DNA from: Candidatus Margulisiibacteriota bacterium
GTDB taxonomy: Bacteria; Margulisbacteria; Riflemargulisbacteria; GWF2-39-127
NCBI GenBank assembly: GCA_003242895.1
Contig: QKMY01000020.1
Coordinates: 2,965 to 66,964, forward strand
Length of the DNA: 64,000 bases
Direction: 5' to 3'
Every line of letters begins with the position of its first letter. Positions within the stretch are counted from its first letter, which is position 1. Position numbers and translations under genes: made by a program. Below the pieces are notes generated by a model. The model searched no databases. It worked only from the letters and a program-made list of their open reading frames with translations, and was not told the DNA's origin. Of this stretch, positions 8,081 to 18,765 are shown in pieces.

Positions 8081-9862
8081 TCACCTTCGAAAATATTTAT
8101 CGATCTCAGTCAATACCATACGGGTTTCATTGTACATTTCCTGCAGTTCATTATTATGAGAATTTTTTCCGCCATACCGGCTTATATCACACAAATCCAG
8201 TATTGAAATAAGCTTTTTAATTACCTCTTGCGGCACTCCAAGTCCACTGCACTTATCAACGATCTCAGTCTTGGTAAGGCCCTGAGATGATACTCCGAAT
8301 TTATCGGCGACAGCAATAGTTACAGCCTCATTTATAAGCAGATAGAACTCCGCCGGTGTATTTTCTTTCATCGGCTTCCTGGCTTTCTGTAATATCCCCA
8401 ATCCTTTGCTGACGGCATTTCTCATACGCAAAGAATCGGAGTTCTTGTAACGCAAATGCTTTGCAAAAAGATACAAGATATTGATAAAAAGAACAGATAT
8501 CCCAAACAATAACGATAATTTAAAAAATAAAGATTGATTGAAACTGGCAACAGGCTCAAGCCGGGACGTTTCTTTAATATAATTAAGATCTTCTTTCAGC
8601 TCATTTATAGTTTTCTTGTTAACGAGTCCAGATGAATCCGCAGTCTGTTTATTATTACCGCTGCCCTTTATAACGGTTATCGCTGGCATATCTATAGCGG
8701 AGGTAATATATTTTTTTTTGCTGACAGAGAAATAGGTAAAACTAACCGGATCGAGCTTATAGGTGCCGGCAACTCCGGGAATTAAAATAATCGAGGCCTT
8801 CTTCACCCCTCGCAACTTGTCTCCATCTACTTTTACATCGACAGATTCTTTAGAATCGAACTTTTTAATGTCTTCAGGCAACACGAGTTCAGGTAGCATA
8901 ACGTCTTTGACATTTCCCTCACCTTCAACTTCTACCACAGCATTAATAACATCGCCGACAGCTACCTTCGTCGCATCAACGCTGACAGAAAACCGGTAAT
9001 CGCCAATACCGCCGCGCGCATTTCCCTGAGACACGGATGGTAAAGGCAGAACCATTATTGTAAGAGGTTTTGAGAGAACTTCTTGAGCCGGATCAAAATA
9101 GCTCATTTGCAGGGTAACTTTTGCCGGATCAATGCTAATCGCATTTGTTTGATATGCAGGAACGATTATCGCTCTGACTTCATCAACTATATAGTCATGA
9201 TTACCTCTCGTCTCCTGATAAGTCCTTGTACTTTTATCTTTATCAAGAGGATAGGTCACAAATCCTTTGAAAAGCGGAGGTCGATAACTCACATCCCCAA
9301 AAATCCTTATTCTTCGATAAAACTTCGCTTTATAAATTATCTGCTCACCTACGTAGGGATCTCTTTTGGAAACACTCGATTCAAGGAATACTTCAGGCAT
9401 CGAAGCGTTCGACCCCCGTGTATTTTGTTGAACTGAACTTGGAGAAATGACAGCCCGCGATTGCCCGGAAGATACCACTTTCAGGACAAGCTCTTTTGTT
9501 TGATAATTTTTATTGGCAATAGTAAACTGAAATGAAGGAATTTTGATCGTTCCGGCTTCACGCGGGGCAAGTGTGTATTGGAATTGTTTGCTACTGGAAA
9601 TTTTTCCGTTAATCCATGAAAACTGGGATGACTGAGATGTATTCATAACCGAGAGTTTATCCAACTTCGGGAGGTCGGGCAAATCAATATTTCCGACATC
9701 CCCTTCCAAGGTAAGAGTCAAAACAACGCTTCCATCAAGGCTAATCTCATCGGTCGATAAAGAAGCCGCAACGTTTACCTCACTGTAAGCCATTCCAACA
9801 AAAGTGAGCAAAAATAACAATATTAATAAAGGTTTACCAATCTTTCTCAACATTCGTCTCAC
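8081..9862 (-). CDS. batD: BatD family protein
   Basis: Signal peptide, tandem Ig-like BatD domains (PYVGEQIIY, GGIGDYRFS), C-terminal TM; operon context. Confidence 0.85.
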   Translation of the reverse strand: MRRMLRKIGKPLLILLFLLTFVGMAYSEVNVAASLSTDEISLDGSVVLTLTLEGDVGNIDLPDLPKLDKLSVMNTSQSSQFSWINGKISSSKQFQYTLAPREAGTIKIPSFQFTIANKNYQTKELVLKVVSSGQSRAVISPSSVQQNTRGSNASMPEVFLESSVSKRDPYVGEQIIYKAKFYRRIRIFGDVSYRPPLFKGFVTYPLDKDKSTRTYQETRGNHDYIVDEVRAIIVPAYQTNAISIDPAKVTLQMSYFDPAQEVLSKPLTIMVLPLPSVSQGNARGGIGDYRFSVSVDATKVAVGDVINAVVEVEGEGNVKDVMLPELVLPEDIKKFDSKESVDVKVDGDKLRGVKKASIILIPGVAGTYKLDPVSFTYFSVSKKKYITSAIDMPAITVIKGSGNNKQTADSSGLVNKKTINELKEDLNYIKETSRLEPVASFNQSLFFKLSLLFGISVLFINILYLFAKHLRYKNSDSLRMRNAVSKGLGILQKARKPMKENTPAEFYLLINEAVTIAVADKFGVSSQGLTKTEIVDKCSGLGVPQEVIKKLISILDLCDISRYGGKNSHNNELQEMYNETRMVLTEIDKYFRR

Positions 9863-10547
9863 CCTTTGCAGATTGCTGAAGCTTAGTCGGATTTTGACCT
9901 TGCTCTTTTGCTACCATATCAAGTATCCGCTGCGCATCTTCCTTGGATATATCACCTTTTTCAGGAGGTTTTTCATTGTTTTTCTTGTTATCATTTTTAT
10001 TATTATCATCGTTTCCCTGATTGTTTTTTTTATCTTTCTTCTGCTGATTATTATCTTGTTTGTCACCTTTTGAATCCTGATTATTCTTTTCTTTCATAAC
10101 TCCTGATTGATTGTTATCTTTATGTTTTTTCCGAACAAATCCTAAGTTATATTTAGCATCCTGGTTCGTATTATCGAGATCGACAGCAGTCTTATACGCC
10201 TGGATAGCTTTGTCATATTGCCCGGATTTATAATAGTTGTTACCAAGATTATAGTTTACGATGCTCCGGTTCTTACTGCTCAGTTCAGGCGATGCAACAG
10301 CCTCCGACAAATACTTCCCGGCATCCTGATACCGGTTCATTTTATAAAAGGACACACCGGCATTGTTGCCGACCTTAGGATTTTTAGGCTCTTTTGAATA
10401 TGCTTGCACATAGTGCTCAAGTGCATTCTGATATTCACCGGACCTGTACGACTTGTTCCCTGCGGCTACATCAGAACGTACCGAGGCACAGGCACTGCTG
10501 GACATAAATGCGGCTATTAATATAATAAAGATGAGTAAGTTTTTCAT
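9834..10547 (-). CDS. batC: BatC-like TPR protein
   Basis: TPR repeats (YNLGNNYYKSGQYDKAIQAYK), N/Q/K/D-rich linker, DAQRILD...EKDW C-terminus. Confidence 0.85.
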   Translation of the reverse strand: MKNLLIFIILIAAFMSSSACASVRSDVAAGNKSYRSGEYQNALEHYVQAYSKEPKNPKVGNNAGVSFYKMNRYQDAGKYLSEAVASPELSSKNRSIVNYNLGNNYYKSGQYDKAIQAYKTAVDLDNTNQDAKYNLGFVRKKHKDNNQSGVMKEKNNQDSKGDKQDNNQQKKDKKNNQGNDDNNKNDNKKNNEKPPEKGDISKEDAQRILDMVAKEQGQNPTKLQQSAKGETNVEKDW

Positions 10548-10561
10548 TATTAAAAAAAACG

Positions 10562-11569
10562 TCAGGTCCGTTCCCTCTTTCTCTCAGAAATTAATAACTC
10601 AAGCAGCAACAGCATGAAAGCCAGAAATAACGGATATTGATAGCGATCTTCATACTGCTCAGCAAGTTTTGAGCGGATCTCTTTCTGGTCCATGCTTCTA
10701 ATTTCTTTATAAATCGTATCCAACTCGAATTCCGCCGGACTTGCATGATAATAGCCACCTTCAGTTGTTAGTGCAATATCTTTTAATAGTTTTTCGTTTA
10801 ATCGAGAAACAATGATAGTCCCATTCCGGTCTTTCTTGTACCCGACCTTTACGCCATCGTTATCGAGCTGAGGAATAGGCTCACCTTGGACACTTCCGAT
10901 CCCGACAGTAAAGATGATAACTCCTTCTCTCGCAGCTTTTTTGGCTGCCGCAAGAGCATTATTATCAAGGTCCTCGCCATCGGTTATCAGCAAGATGACT
11001 TTGTATTTTCTCTCCTTGTTACCGAAGACCAGTAACGAGGTCTCGATTGCTTTGGATATATTTGTCCCAGGCTCAGGAACAGTGTCCGTATCGATATTAT
11101 TCACGAACAAGGAGGCTGCCTCATAATCGATAGTCAGGGGACATTGAATAAACGCGTTGCCGGAAAACGCTATAATGCCAATTCTATCCCCACGAAGTTT
11201 GTTCACAAATGATTTGATCTCATGCTTTGCTTTAATGAGACGGTTGGGCTTGATATCTTCGGTCAACATGCTCTTTGAAGTATCAACTGCAACAACAACA
11301 TCCAGTCCTTTTCTGGTCACCGGCTGCATCTTAAATCCGTATTGGGGCCGGGCTATTGCAAGAATTAACAGTCCTAGTACCGCTATGCGCAACACATATT
11401 TGATTGTAGTTTTCTGCCGGCTTTTATTTGCATACATCTTTTTTACGACTTCAGCATCGCCGATACGTGAAATAAGCCGGGAACTATGACGAACAAACAC
11501 AATGTACGCCACTATGAATACCGGAATACTCCATAATAAAAACAGATAATAATTATTTGCAAACCGCAT
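10562..11569 (-). CDS. batB: BatB VWA-domain membrane protein
   Basis: MRF...ARPQYG N-terminus, MIDAS DTSKS, PLTIDY, ITDGED. Confidence 0.9.
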   Translation of the reverse strand: MRFANNYYLFLLWSIPVFIVAYIVFVRHSSRLISRIGDAEVVKKMYANKSRQKTTIKYVLRIAVLGLLILAIARPQYGFKMQPVTRKGLDVVVAVDTSKSMLTEDIKPNRLIKAKHEIKSFVNKLRGDRIGIIAFSGNAFIQCPLTIDYEAASLFVNNIDTDTVPEPGTNISKAIETSLLVFGNKERKYKVILLITDGEDLDNNALAAAKKAAREGVIIFTVGIGSVQGEPIPQLDNDGVKVGYKKDRNGTIIVSRLNEKLLKDIALTTEGGYYHASPAEFELDTIYKEIRSMDQKEIRSKLAEQYEDRYQYPLFLAFMLLLLELLISERKRERT

Positions 11570-11603
11570 ACCACATTCACCATATCAAGCTGTTTATTGA
11601 GTG

Positions 11604-12614
11604 CTATGGCACCCGTCTTAACCACGTTAAGGATAAGATTATCTCCAGCAGAAAGATCAACATTGCCGGAACAAGAAAATAATTCGCAAGCTCGCCAAAA
11701 TTATCATACTCTTTTATTTTCATTTCAGTCTTTTCTAATGAATCGATCTTCTTGTATATTTCTCTTAATTTATTACTATCGGTAGCCCTGAAATATCTTC
11801 CGCCGGTTATACTCGCGATCTGCTTAAGCGATTCTTCATCGATTTTCGTCATAACAAGACTTCCGTCAGGGTTCTGGTAATAGACTTTACCGTAGAGAGG
11901 ATGGCTAAAGGGGATGGGAGCGCCGCCTTCTTTGCCAACACCTATGGCATATATCTTAATGTTAAAGCTCCTGGCCAGTTTCGCAGCTGTAATCGGGTCT
12001 ATCTCTCCTGCATTATTATCGCCATCTGTCAGCAAGATAATTACTTTGCTCTTTGAGTCAGACTTACGCAGCCGATTAATGGAAGTCGCAATTGCCATTC
12101 CAATTGCAGTTCCATCCTCGATCATCCCAATTTTAACATTATTGAGAAAGGTCTCAAGTATGGCGTAATCAAGGGTCAGAGGAACCTGCGTATAACTTTT
12201 TCCGGCAAAAACAATGAGGCCGATCCGGTCATTTTTTCTTCCACGAACAAATTCTTTAAATAATTCCTTGGCTGTTTCAATACGATTTTTCGGTTTAAAA
12301 TCTTCGGCTGCCATTGTTCCGGAAACATCAATTGCAGAAATGATATCAACGCCATGTGTAATGACGTCAATTGTTCTTGTACCGTACTGAGGACGCGACA
12401 GCGCTATAATGATGAGAAATAAAACAAATAAATGAATAGAGGGCAGCGCCTTATAAACCTTTGCTTTTAAACTAATAGTGTAATTCTTTAAAAGGTTAAT
12501 ATCCGAATAAAGAAAATACGAGCTTCTTTTTGTATAAAAGGTTTTCAACCACCAATAAATAAGGGGTAAAAAAACCAACAATGCCAGATAGTAAACAGAG
12601 CCAAATCTTATCAT
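11604..12614 (-). CDS. batA: BatA VWA-domain membrane protein
   Basis: SRPQYG, MIDAS variant DVSGT, GTAIGMAI, LLTDGDNNAG, IYAIGVG. Confidence 0.9.
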   Translation of the reverse strand: MIRFGSVYYLALLVFLPLIYWWLKTFYTKRSSYFLYSDINLLKNYTISLKAKVYKALPSIHLFVLFLIIIALSRPQYGTRTIDVITHGVDIISAIDVSGTMAAEDFKPKNRIETAKELFKEFVRGRKNDRIGLIVFAGKSYTQVPLTLDYAILETFLNNVKIGMIEDGTAIGMAIATSINRLRKSDSKSKVIILLTDGDNNAGEIDPITAAKLARSFNIKIYAIGVGKEGGAPIPFSHPLYGKVYYQNPDGSLVMTKIDEESLKQIASITGGRYFRATDSNKLREIYKKIDSLEKTEMKIKEYDNFGELANYFLVPAMLIFLLEIILSLTWLRRVP

Positions 12615-13592
12615 TTACAAACCCTGAGAATGCGATGGAGTTTCCATCCTAGATTTATATACATCGTAAAACTGGTCTAATATCGAATGTGCCTGAACCA
12701 GATATTCTTCTCCTTCTATTCGCGTAGGAAAATGTTTTGCGAACTTAACCAAATCAGCTGATTGCAGCCACTGCCGAAAAGTATCTTGCGTTTCCCACGT
12801 AAGCTTAAACGATTTCGTTGCCACTAATAATTCGCTGGTAGTCATCTCCAGCGCGTCCATTCGAAACTGTTTTTGCAGATATTCCCGTATCACCTCGGAA
12901 ACTGAACTATAATATTCTTTATACATTTCATCGATAAGGAAACTTCCGGCATTTATGCTCTCGAACTTACGTTTCGCCTCTTCATATGGCTCAAGTTGAA
13001 TTACGACCTGAGGCTCGTCAACAGCTTTCTTTCGTTTGAAATAGCGGATCAAGGCAAAAATAATTGCAGAGAAAATTGCCAGGCCTGCCAAAACAGCCGC
13101 AATAAGTTTCCAGGGATAGGGAATTGAAAACGGCGGCTTCACATCGCGAATATCACCTTTATCGGCAGCATTTGCACTCACTTCCCTCACGGTTACTTCC
13201 AGCGGAGGAAAAACTATACTGCGCTTACTAGTGCCATCCTGAATAGAAACATTCATTGTGGGTATGGTAAAATTGCCAAGATCATAAGCCGCAAGCAAAT
13301 AGACGCCTTCGACTTTCTTCGCATTATTTGCATAGGTATTCTTAACAGTCTTCTCCTGAAACGATTTCACCTCAAAACTTCCAAAGCCTGAATCCGGACG
13401 GGGAAACGTAACTACTGCATTCCTGGGTACAATAATGGACAATGTATAGGGAAAATGATCTCCGATTATAACGGAGTTAACGGACACCTTTGCTTCAGGG
13501 CGCAACGAGTTTTCAGCATTAACTACAGGCAGTACCGAGAGAAAAAACACGGCAATTATTATTACTTTGAACCTCAACATCTTTCGTCTCAC
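12615..13592 (-). CDS. Bat-operon membrane protein (Ig-like domain, TM, helical C-terminus)
   Basis: Signal peptide, DIRDVKPP plus TM, ALEMTTSE, ADLVKFAK; typical gene between DUF58 and batA. Confidence 0.75.
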   Translation of the reverse strand: MRRKMLRFKVIIIAVFFLSVLPVVNAENSLRPEAKVSVNSVIIGDHFPYTLSIIVPRNAVVTFPRPDSGFGSFEVKSFQEKTVKNTYANNAKKVEGVYLLAAYDLGNFTIPTMNVSIQDGTSKRSIVFPPLEVTVREVSANAADKGDIRDVKPPFSIPYPWKLIAAVLAGLAIFSAIIFALIRYFKRKKAVDEPQVVIQLEPYEEAKRKFESINAGSFLIDEMYKEYYSSVSEVIREYLQKQFRMDALEMTTSELLVATKSFKLTWETQDTFRQWLQSADLVKFAKHFPTRIEGEEYLVQAHSILDQFYDVYKSRMETPSHSQGL

Positions 13593-13607
13593 TATTGCTC
13601 CTTCTTA

Positions 13608-14492
13608 TTATCGTCGCTTTTCACGGTATCTGAAATACCTCATCAAGGACTCGACATACGAACCGGTAGAACATATGAAAATAGGTTCGACATTGATAGT
13701 CCGGAATAATTTATCAAGATTTCGCTGCGCTTCTTCCCGGTCTTTTTTAAACGTTGCTGCAAATTTGCGGTCGGAAGTATCGACAACCAGCAATTCGTCT
13801 TTTTCCTCATCATAAAGCTCAATAAGCCCAATATCCGGCAACGATTGCTCCATAACGTCATTAATAACGACCGGAATAACATCATGTTTCTTGTTCAAAA
13901 TCGACAACGACTGTTTCCAATCAGAATCAATAAAATCTGAAAGAATGAATATCAAACTTTTCTTTTTGACAGTTTTATTCAATCGATCTAATGCTGCCTT
14001 AATATTTGTGGCTTTATGCCGGGGACTAAAATAGAGGACCTCTTGAATAACTCGCATGGCATGCTTTTTGCCTTTTTTCGGTGGAATATACTTTTCGAAA
14101 CCATCCGAGTAAATAGCAAGTCCTACATTGTCATTATTTTTGATGGCTGAGAAAGACAACAACGCGCTCATCTCGGCTGCGATTTCACTTTTGGTGGCTA
14201 TTCTTGTCCCTAATTTGAGCGATGCAGAGGCATCAACAACAAGGATAACAGTCAATTCACGTTCTTCGTGAAATACTTTGATAAAGGGATATCCGCTTTT
14301 TGCTGTCACATTCCAGTCGATTGCCCGAATATCATCGCCAGGCACATAAGCCCGAACTTCGCTGAACTCCATCCCTTTCCCTTTGAAGGCACTATGATAG
14401 CCGCCGGAAAGTAACGAATTAACAGTTCTCCGGGTTTTTATCTCAAGGTATTTTACTTTCTTTATTATATTTCCAGGAATAAATTGAGTCAT
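13608..14492 (-). CDS. DUF58 domain protein (VWA-like MoxR partner)
   Basis: GKGMEFSEVRAYVPGDDIRAIDWNVTA, EEREL, DASAS, LSDF. Confidence 0.93.
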   Translation of the reverse strand: MTQFIPGNIIKKVKYLEIKTRRTVNSLLSGGYHSAFKGKGMEFSEVRAYVPGDDIRAIDWNVTAKSGYPFIKVFHEERELTVILVVDASASLKLGTRIATKSEIAAEMSALLSFSAIKNNDNVGLAIYSDGFEKYIPPKKGKKHAMRVIQEVLYFSPRHKATNIKAALDRLNKTVKKKSLIFILSDFIDSDWKQSLSILNKKHDVIPVVINDVMEQSLPDIGLIELYDEEKDELLVVDTSDRKFAATFKKDREEAQRNLDKLFRTINVEPIFICSTGSYVESLMRYFRYREKRR

Positions 14493-14503
14493 AATTCCCT
14501 TGG

Positions 14504-15496
14504 TTATGGAACCGGTATCTCATCAAATAATATTTTTATAATTTTCTCAGAATCGATCTCTTGAGCTTCGGCCTCATACGAAACAATTATTCTATGTCTT
14601 AGAACATCGTAACCTATCTCCTTGATATCCTCAGGGATTACAAATCCTCTCCGGTTAATAAAGGCATGGGCTTTCGCAGCTTTCGCCAGATAGATAGAAG
14701 CGCGGGGTGACGCGCCGAATTCGATAAATTCCTGGATCTTTGCAAGACCTGGATATTTGCCGGGATTTCTGGAAGCATCTATAATATCGACAATATAATT
14801 CTTTATTTTTTCATCGATATAAACCTGATTAACGATTTTCCTAGCTTCAACAAGCCTCTCCGGAGTAATCACCTTTTGCAAGGTTACCACCGTGTCCTGG
14901 GTAATCAGATCGATAATTTGTCTTTCTTCGTTTTTTGAAGGATAATCTACTTTGATCTTTAACATGAACCGATCGACTTGCGCCTCAGGCAACGGATAGG
15001 TGCCTTCCTGTTCGATCGGATTCTGGGTAGCCATAACCAGGAATGGCAGGGGCAATAAATACGTCTTATCACCGATGGTCACTTGTTTTTCCTGCATAGC
15101 TTCTAGCAAGGCACTCTGCACTTTTGCAGGTGCTCTATTGATCTCATCAGCAAGAACAATGTTCGCAAATATGGGACCTTTTTTAGGCACGAATTCATTA
15201 GTTTTTTGATTGAAAATCATCGTTCCAACAATATCCGCAGGCAAAAGATCCGGCGTAAACTGCATTCTGGCAAACGAAAAATCAATAATCGATGCCATTG
15301 TTTTGATAGTTAAGGTCTTAGCTAGACCGGGAACTCCCTCAAGAAGAATATGTCCGTCAGCAAGCAGACCAACGAGCATTCGCTCGATCATATATTTTTG
15401 ACCAATGATCTGTTTGGCAATCTCAGACATAATCTGGGAAATAAAAACACTTTGTTCTTGAACTTTACTATTAATAACGGTAATTTCTTGTAGCAA
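14504..15496 (-). CDS. moxR: MoxR family AAA+ ATPase
   Basis: Walker A GVPGLAKT, QFTPDLLPAD, LADEINRAPAKVQSALLEAMQE, ATQNPIEQEGTYPLPEAQVDRF; TTG start with GGAGGA RBS. Confidence 0.96.
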   Translation of the reverse strand: MLQEITVINSKVQEQSVFISQIMSEIAKQIIGQKYMIERMLVGLLADGHILLEGVPGLAKTLTIKTMASIIDFSFARMQFTPDLLPADIVGTMIFNQKTNEFVPKKGPIFANIVLADEINRAPAKVQSALLEAMQEKQVTIGDKTYLLPLPFLVMATQNPIEQEGTYPLPEAQVDRFMLKIKVDYPSKNEERQIIDLITQDTVVTLQKVITPERLVEARKIVNQVYIDEKIKNYIVDIIDASRNPGKYPGLAKIQEFIEFGASPRASIYLAKAAKAHAFINRRGFVIPEDIKEIGYDVLRHRIIVSYEAEAQEIDSEKIIKILFDEIPVP

Positions 15497-15522
15497 GGCA
15501 GGTCCTCCTTACATGAATTGAA

Positions 15523-15849
15523 TTATGATGCCGCACTTTCTTTACTCGAAGCAGGAGAGCTGGAACTCCCAGTCGTCGTTGACGCTTCTTTCGGAGAAGT
15601 TGTTGATACGGAAGCCGTATTAGATGAAGCTGTGGTTGTTGACGAAGACGCAGTACTTGATGAACCGGAACTCTTATAATCAGTAACATGAAAGCCGGAA
15701 CCCTTGAACGAAATACCAATAGTCTGCGAAATCATTTTTTTCGATTCGCCATTACATTGAGGACATGGCAATTCAGGACTTTCTGATATACTATGGAATG
15801 TCTCGAATACATGATTACAGCTTTTGCATTTATAATCATAAAAAGGCAT
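15523..15849 (-). CDS. FmdB family zinc-ribbon protein
   Basis: MPFYDYKCKSC...CPQC...FKGSGFHVTDY; Ser/Thr-rich tail. Confidence 0.92.
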   Translation of the reverse strand: MPFYDYKCKSCNHVFETFHSISESPELPCPQCNGESKKMISQTIGISFKGSGFHVTDYKSSGSSSTASSSTTTASSNTASVSTTSPKEASTTTGSSSSPASSKESAAS

Positions 15850-15948
15850 AGATATTGATCCCTTCTGTACTTTTTCGCTAAATTCACTTAACTACAAAGT
15901 GTAATTATAATCAAATTCCGTATATTTTCAAGAGGGTCGAGCAACCTC

Positions 15949-18708
15949 CTATTTCCTGAATTTCGCTAATTGCTCAAGTACATTCCGGAGCTTGCGCAGG
16001 GATTCCCCATACCCAGCCCAGTCCCCGCTCTTTTGTTTTTCCAGCGCTTCGTTATAATTGTCGAGAGCTTGTTTCGCGAGTCTTTCGTATTCCGGACTTG
16101 CGGTAACAACATTGCCAGTCGTTTGAACTGCGACATTTTCGGTAATAGGTATATTTCCGAATACTTTGGCTATCGCTTTCTCCAAATCGGTTTCCATAAC
16201 AACATTATCTCCATAAGCAACAATCACACGTTTAAGCTGCGGAAGGTTCGATGCTGTGGCCTGAAGATAAAGAGGCTCGACATAAACAAGCGAGTTCTCT
16301 ATCGGGATAATCAGGATATTGCCTCTGATGATCGTAGACCCTTTTTGTCCCCAGAGGGTAAGCTGCTGAGAGATGTACGTATCCTGATCAATTCTTGATT
16401 CGATTTGCGTAGGGCCAAAAATCTGCCGTTCTTTCGAAAGCTTATAAACCGAAAGCTTGCCATACTCATCAGGATTATTTTTTGATACCAGCCAGGAAAT
16501 CAGATTATTCTTGTTAGAGGGAGTATATGGTATCAGCTGCAAGAAATCAAAATTATTTTCATCAGGCAGCTTCATAGTAATGTAGTAAGGCTCCATCACA
16601 GCTTCAGATTCATCGTTCTTCTGTTTCGGGATTTCCCAGACATCCTCCTGGTTGTAGAATACCTGAGGGTTCGTCATATGATAATTTCTGTACATATGTG
16701 CCTGTATCGCGAAATAATCATTGGGAACCCGGACATGGCTTTTGAGGGAATCGGGCATCTGAGAAAAAGGTTTGAACACCCCTTTGAAAATGCTTTGATA
16801 GGTCTTAATAATCGGATCTTTTTCGTCCATAAGGTAAAATGCAACGGTACCATCATAAGCATCGACCGTAATTTTGACAGAATTACGAATATAATTGATT
16901 GAATTATTAAACGGCTGAGAATAAGGATACTGATTCGAGAGGGTATATCCATCCATCATCCAGTAGATCCGGCCATCAGCTACAACAACATAGGGATCTC
17001 TGTCATAAGTAATAAAAGGCACTATCGTTTTAACGCGGTCCATAATGTTCCGGTTATAGAGGATCTTGCTGCCTTTCTTAATATACGAGGTAAAGAAAAT
17101 ATTCTTATCGCCAAACTGCACTGAATATAGCAGCCGGTTCAACCATGAATCAATTGCAATGCCTCTACCTCCTGCGTATTGGGTATAGACGTTATCGTCG
17201 CCTTTCGGATAATCAAATTCCTTAATGTCAGTGTTTACGATAACATACTCATTTGCCCGTTCACCAAAATAGATCTCCGGACGATTGATTTTGTACGGTA
17301 CCGTCGATACCGGAGGAATATTCTTTATGTAGAATTCCGGCATCCCGTCACTGGTAAACTGATTAACCGGGCTCATGACAACACCGTAGCCGTGGGTATA
17401 CTGCAGTTTCCTGTTAACCCAGCTCTGAGCTTTGTCCGATAGCTGACTTCCGATCAATTCCCTCGCAGATATCATGACTTGCTGAGATTTGCCGCCGAGG
17501 TCGTACCTATCGACGTCGACATTCGCAAACTCGTAATAAAGGCGGATCTCTTGTAACTGAGAAAAGGTCTTAAGGATAGGAGTTTCATCCCAGACCCTGA
17601 TGTTATCAATTATCTCCTTATTATTTCTGATCTCGTTCATGTTCAGCTCTTCTAATGCCGGGAAAAAACTCTCAGAAACATTTTCAAGATTAAAGGCTTT
17701 CCTTGTATAATTGATGTTATGCTCGAGATAGGGTTTCTCTTTTTCATATTCGTTTGGGTTAACAACAAAATTCTGGATCAGCCCAGGATATATTCCCCCA
17801 AAAAACACGCCGCTTACCAGAAGGACAAACAACACCATAATCACCGGTTTAAAAGTCGGAATATAAATATCCAGGAACAAGATAGCCCCTGTCAATAACG
17901 ATAGCCCTGCCAGCACCGCGTAGTTGAGAAATCCGGCATGAATATCCGTATATCCCGGACCATGGAACAACTTACCGCCAGTCGTAAGCAACAACCCATA
18001 ACGAGACAACCAGAACTTTATAGCTAAGAGAACGAAAAATAGAGCACCCAAGGTTAAGAGATGGGCTTTAATTTTTTTATCTCGAAAGATAGATAACGAG
18101 ATTCTTAGTAACCCGAACTGAAGATAAACGGCAAAAAGAATAATGAGGGCTATAACAATAATCAACATCAGGAAAGCAACAATAAAATTATAGAAAGGTA
18201 AACTGAAAAAATAAAAAGAAATCGATTTCCCGAATAATGGATCTATAACCGTTGAAGGAGCCTGGTAAATGAACCGGAGTACTTTATCCCATTGAACGTA
18301 TCCCTGAACCCCCCCGACAACAAAACTTACCAGGGCAATAACAACCAATAAAACGATTAAGGTATATCGTCTTATAGCACCCTTAAGCAAATCCATGACA
18401 GGATTATAGGTAAACTTATCTTGCTTAAATAAGCGGTCCAGAAGTGAGTCGACAATCTCGGACTTGTTTTCAACATCGCGAATAATTCTCTGCGCAATAA
18501 ATAAATTTGCGGCAAAGAACAGAAACGTGCCGAGAAAAAAAACAGCAAACAAGCCAATTTTGGCCAGCGTAGAAATGAGAAAAACATTTTTGAAGCCAAC
18601 ATCGACAAACCATAAATAGGATGGATATATCCTAATGAACAAGTAAACTACCAACAGTGTTAAAAGTAATAACACAATACGCCAGAAAAACTTCACAGAA
18701 TTAATCAT
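15949..18708 (-). CDS. UPF0182 family membrane protein
   Basis: Multi-TM N-terminus; NIRVWD, YYEFANVDVDRY, YTHGYG, NYIRNSVKITVDAYDG, YVEPLYLQA. Confidence 0.93.
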   Translation of the reverse strand: MINSVKFFWRIVLLLLTLLVVYLFIRIYPSYLWFVDVGFKNVFLISTLAKIGLFAVFFLGTFLFFAANLFIAQRIIRDVENKSEIVDSLLDRLFKQDKFTYNPVMDLLKGAIRRYTLIVLLVVIALVSFVVGGVQGYVQWDKVLRFIYQAPSTVIDPLFGKSISFYFFSLPFYNFIVAFLMLIIVIALIILFAVYLQFGLLRISLSIFRDKKIKAHLLTLGALFFVLLAIKFWLSRYGLLLTTGGKLFHGPGYTDIHAGFLNYAVLAGLSLLTGAILFLDIYIPTFKPVIMVLFVLLVSGVFFGGIYPGLIQNFVVNPNEYEKEKPYLEHNINYTRKAFNLENVSESFFPALEELNMNEIRNNKEIIDNIRVWDETPILKTFSQLQEIRLYYEFANVDVDRYDLGGKSQQVMISARELIGSQLSDKAQSWVNRKLQYTHGYGVVMSPVNQFTSDGMPEFYIKNIPPVSTVPYKINRPEIYFGERANEYVIVNTDIKEFDYPKGDDNVYTQYAGGRGIAIDSWLNRLLYSVQFGDKNIFFTSYIKKGSKILYNRNIMDRVKTIVPFITYDRDPYVVVADGRIYWMMDGYTLSNQYPYSQPFNNSINYIRNSVKITVDAYDGTVAFYLMDEKDPIIKTYQSIFKGVFKPFSQMPDSLKSHVRVPNDYFAIQAHMYRNYHMTNPQVFYNQEDVWEIPKQKNDESEAVMEPYYITMKLPDENNFDFLQLIPYTPSNKNNLISWLVSKNNPDEYGKLSVYKLSKERQIFGPTQIESRIDQDTYISQQLTLWGQKGSTIIRGNILIIPIENSLVYVEPLYLQATASNLPQLKRVIVAYGDNVVMETDLEKAIAKVFGNIPITENVAVQTTGNVVTASPEYERLAKQALDNYNEALEKQKSGDWAGYGESLRKLRNVLEQLAKFRK

Positions 18709-18765
18709 CAGGCTCCCCTTTGTAATAACATAAGACCTCTGGTGAACACTACGTTCACCGATACT

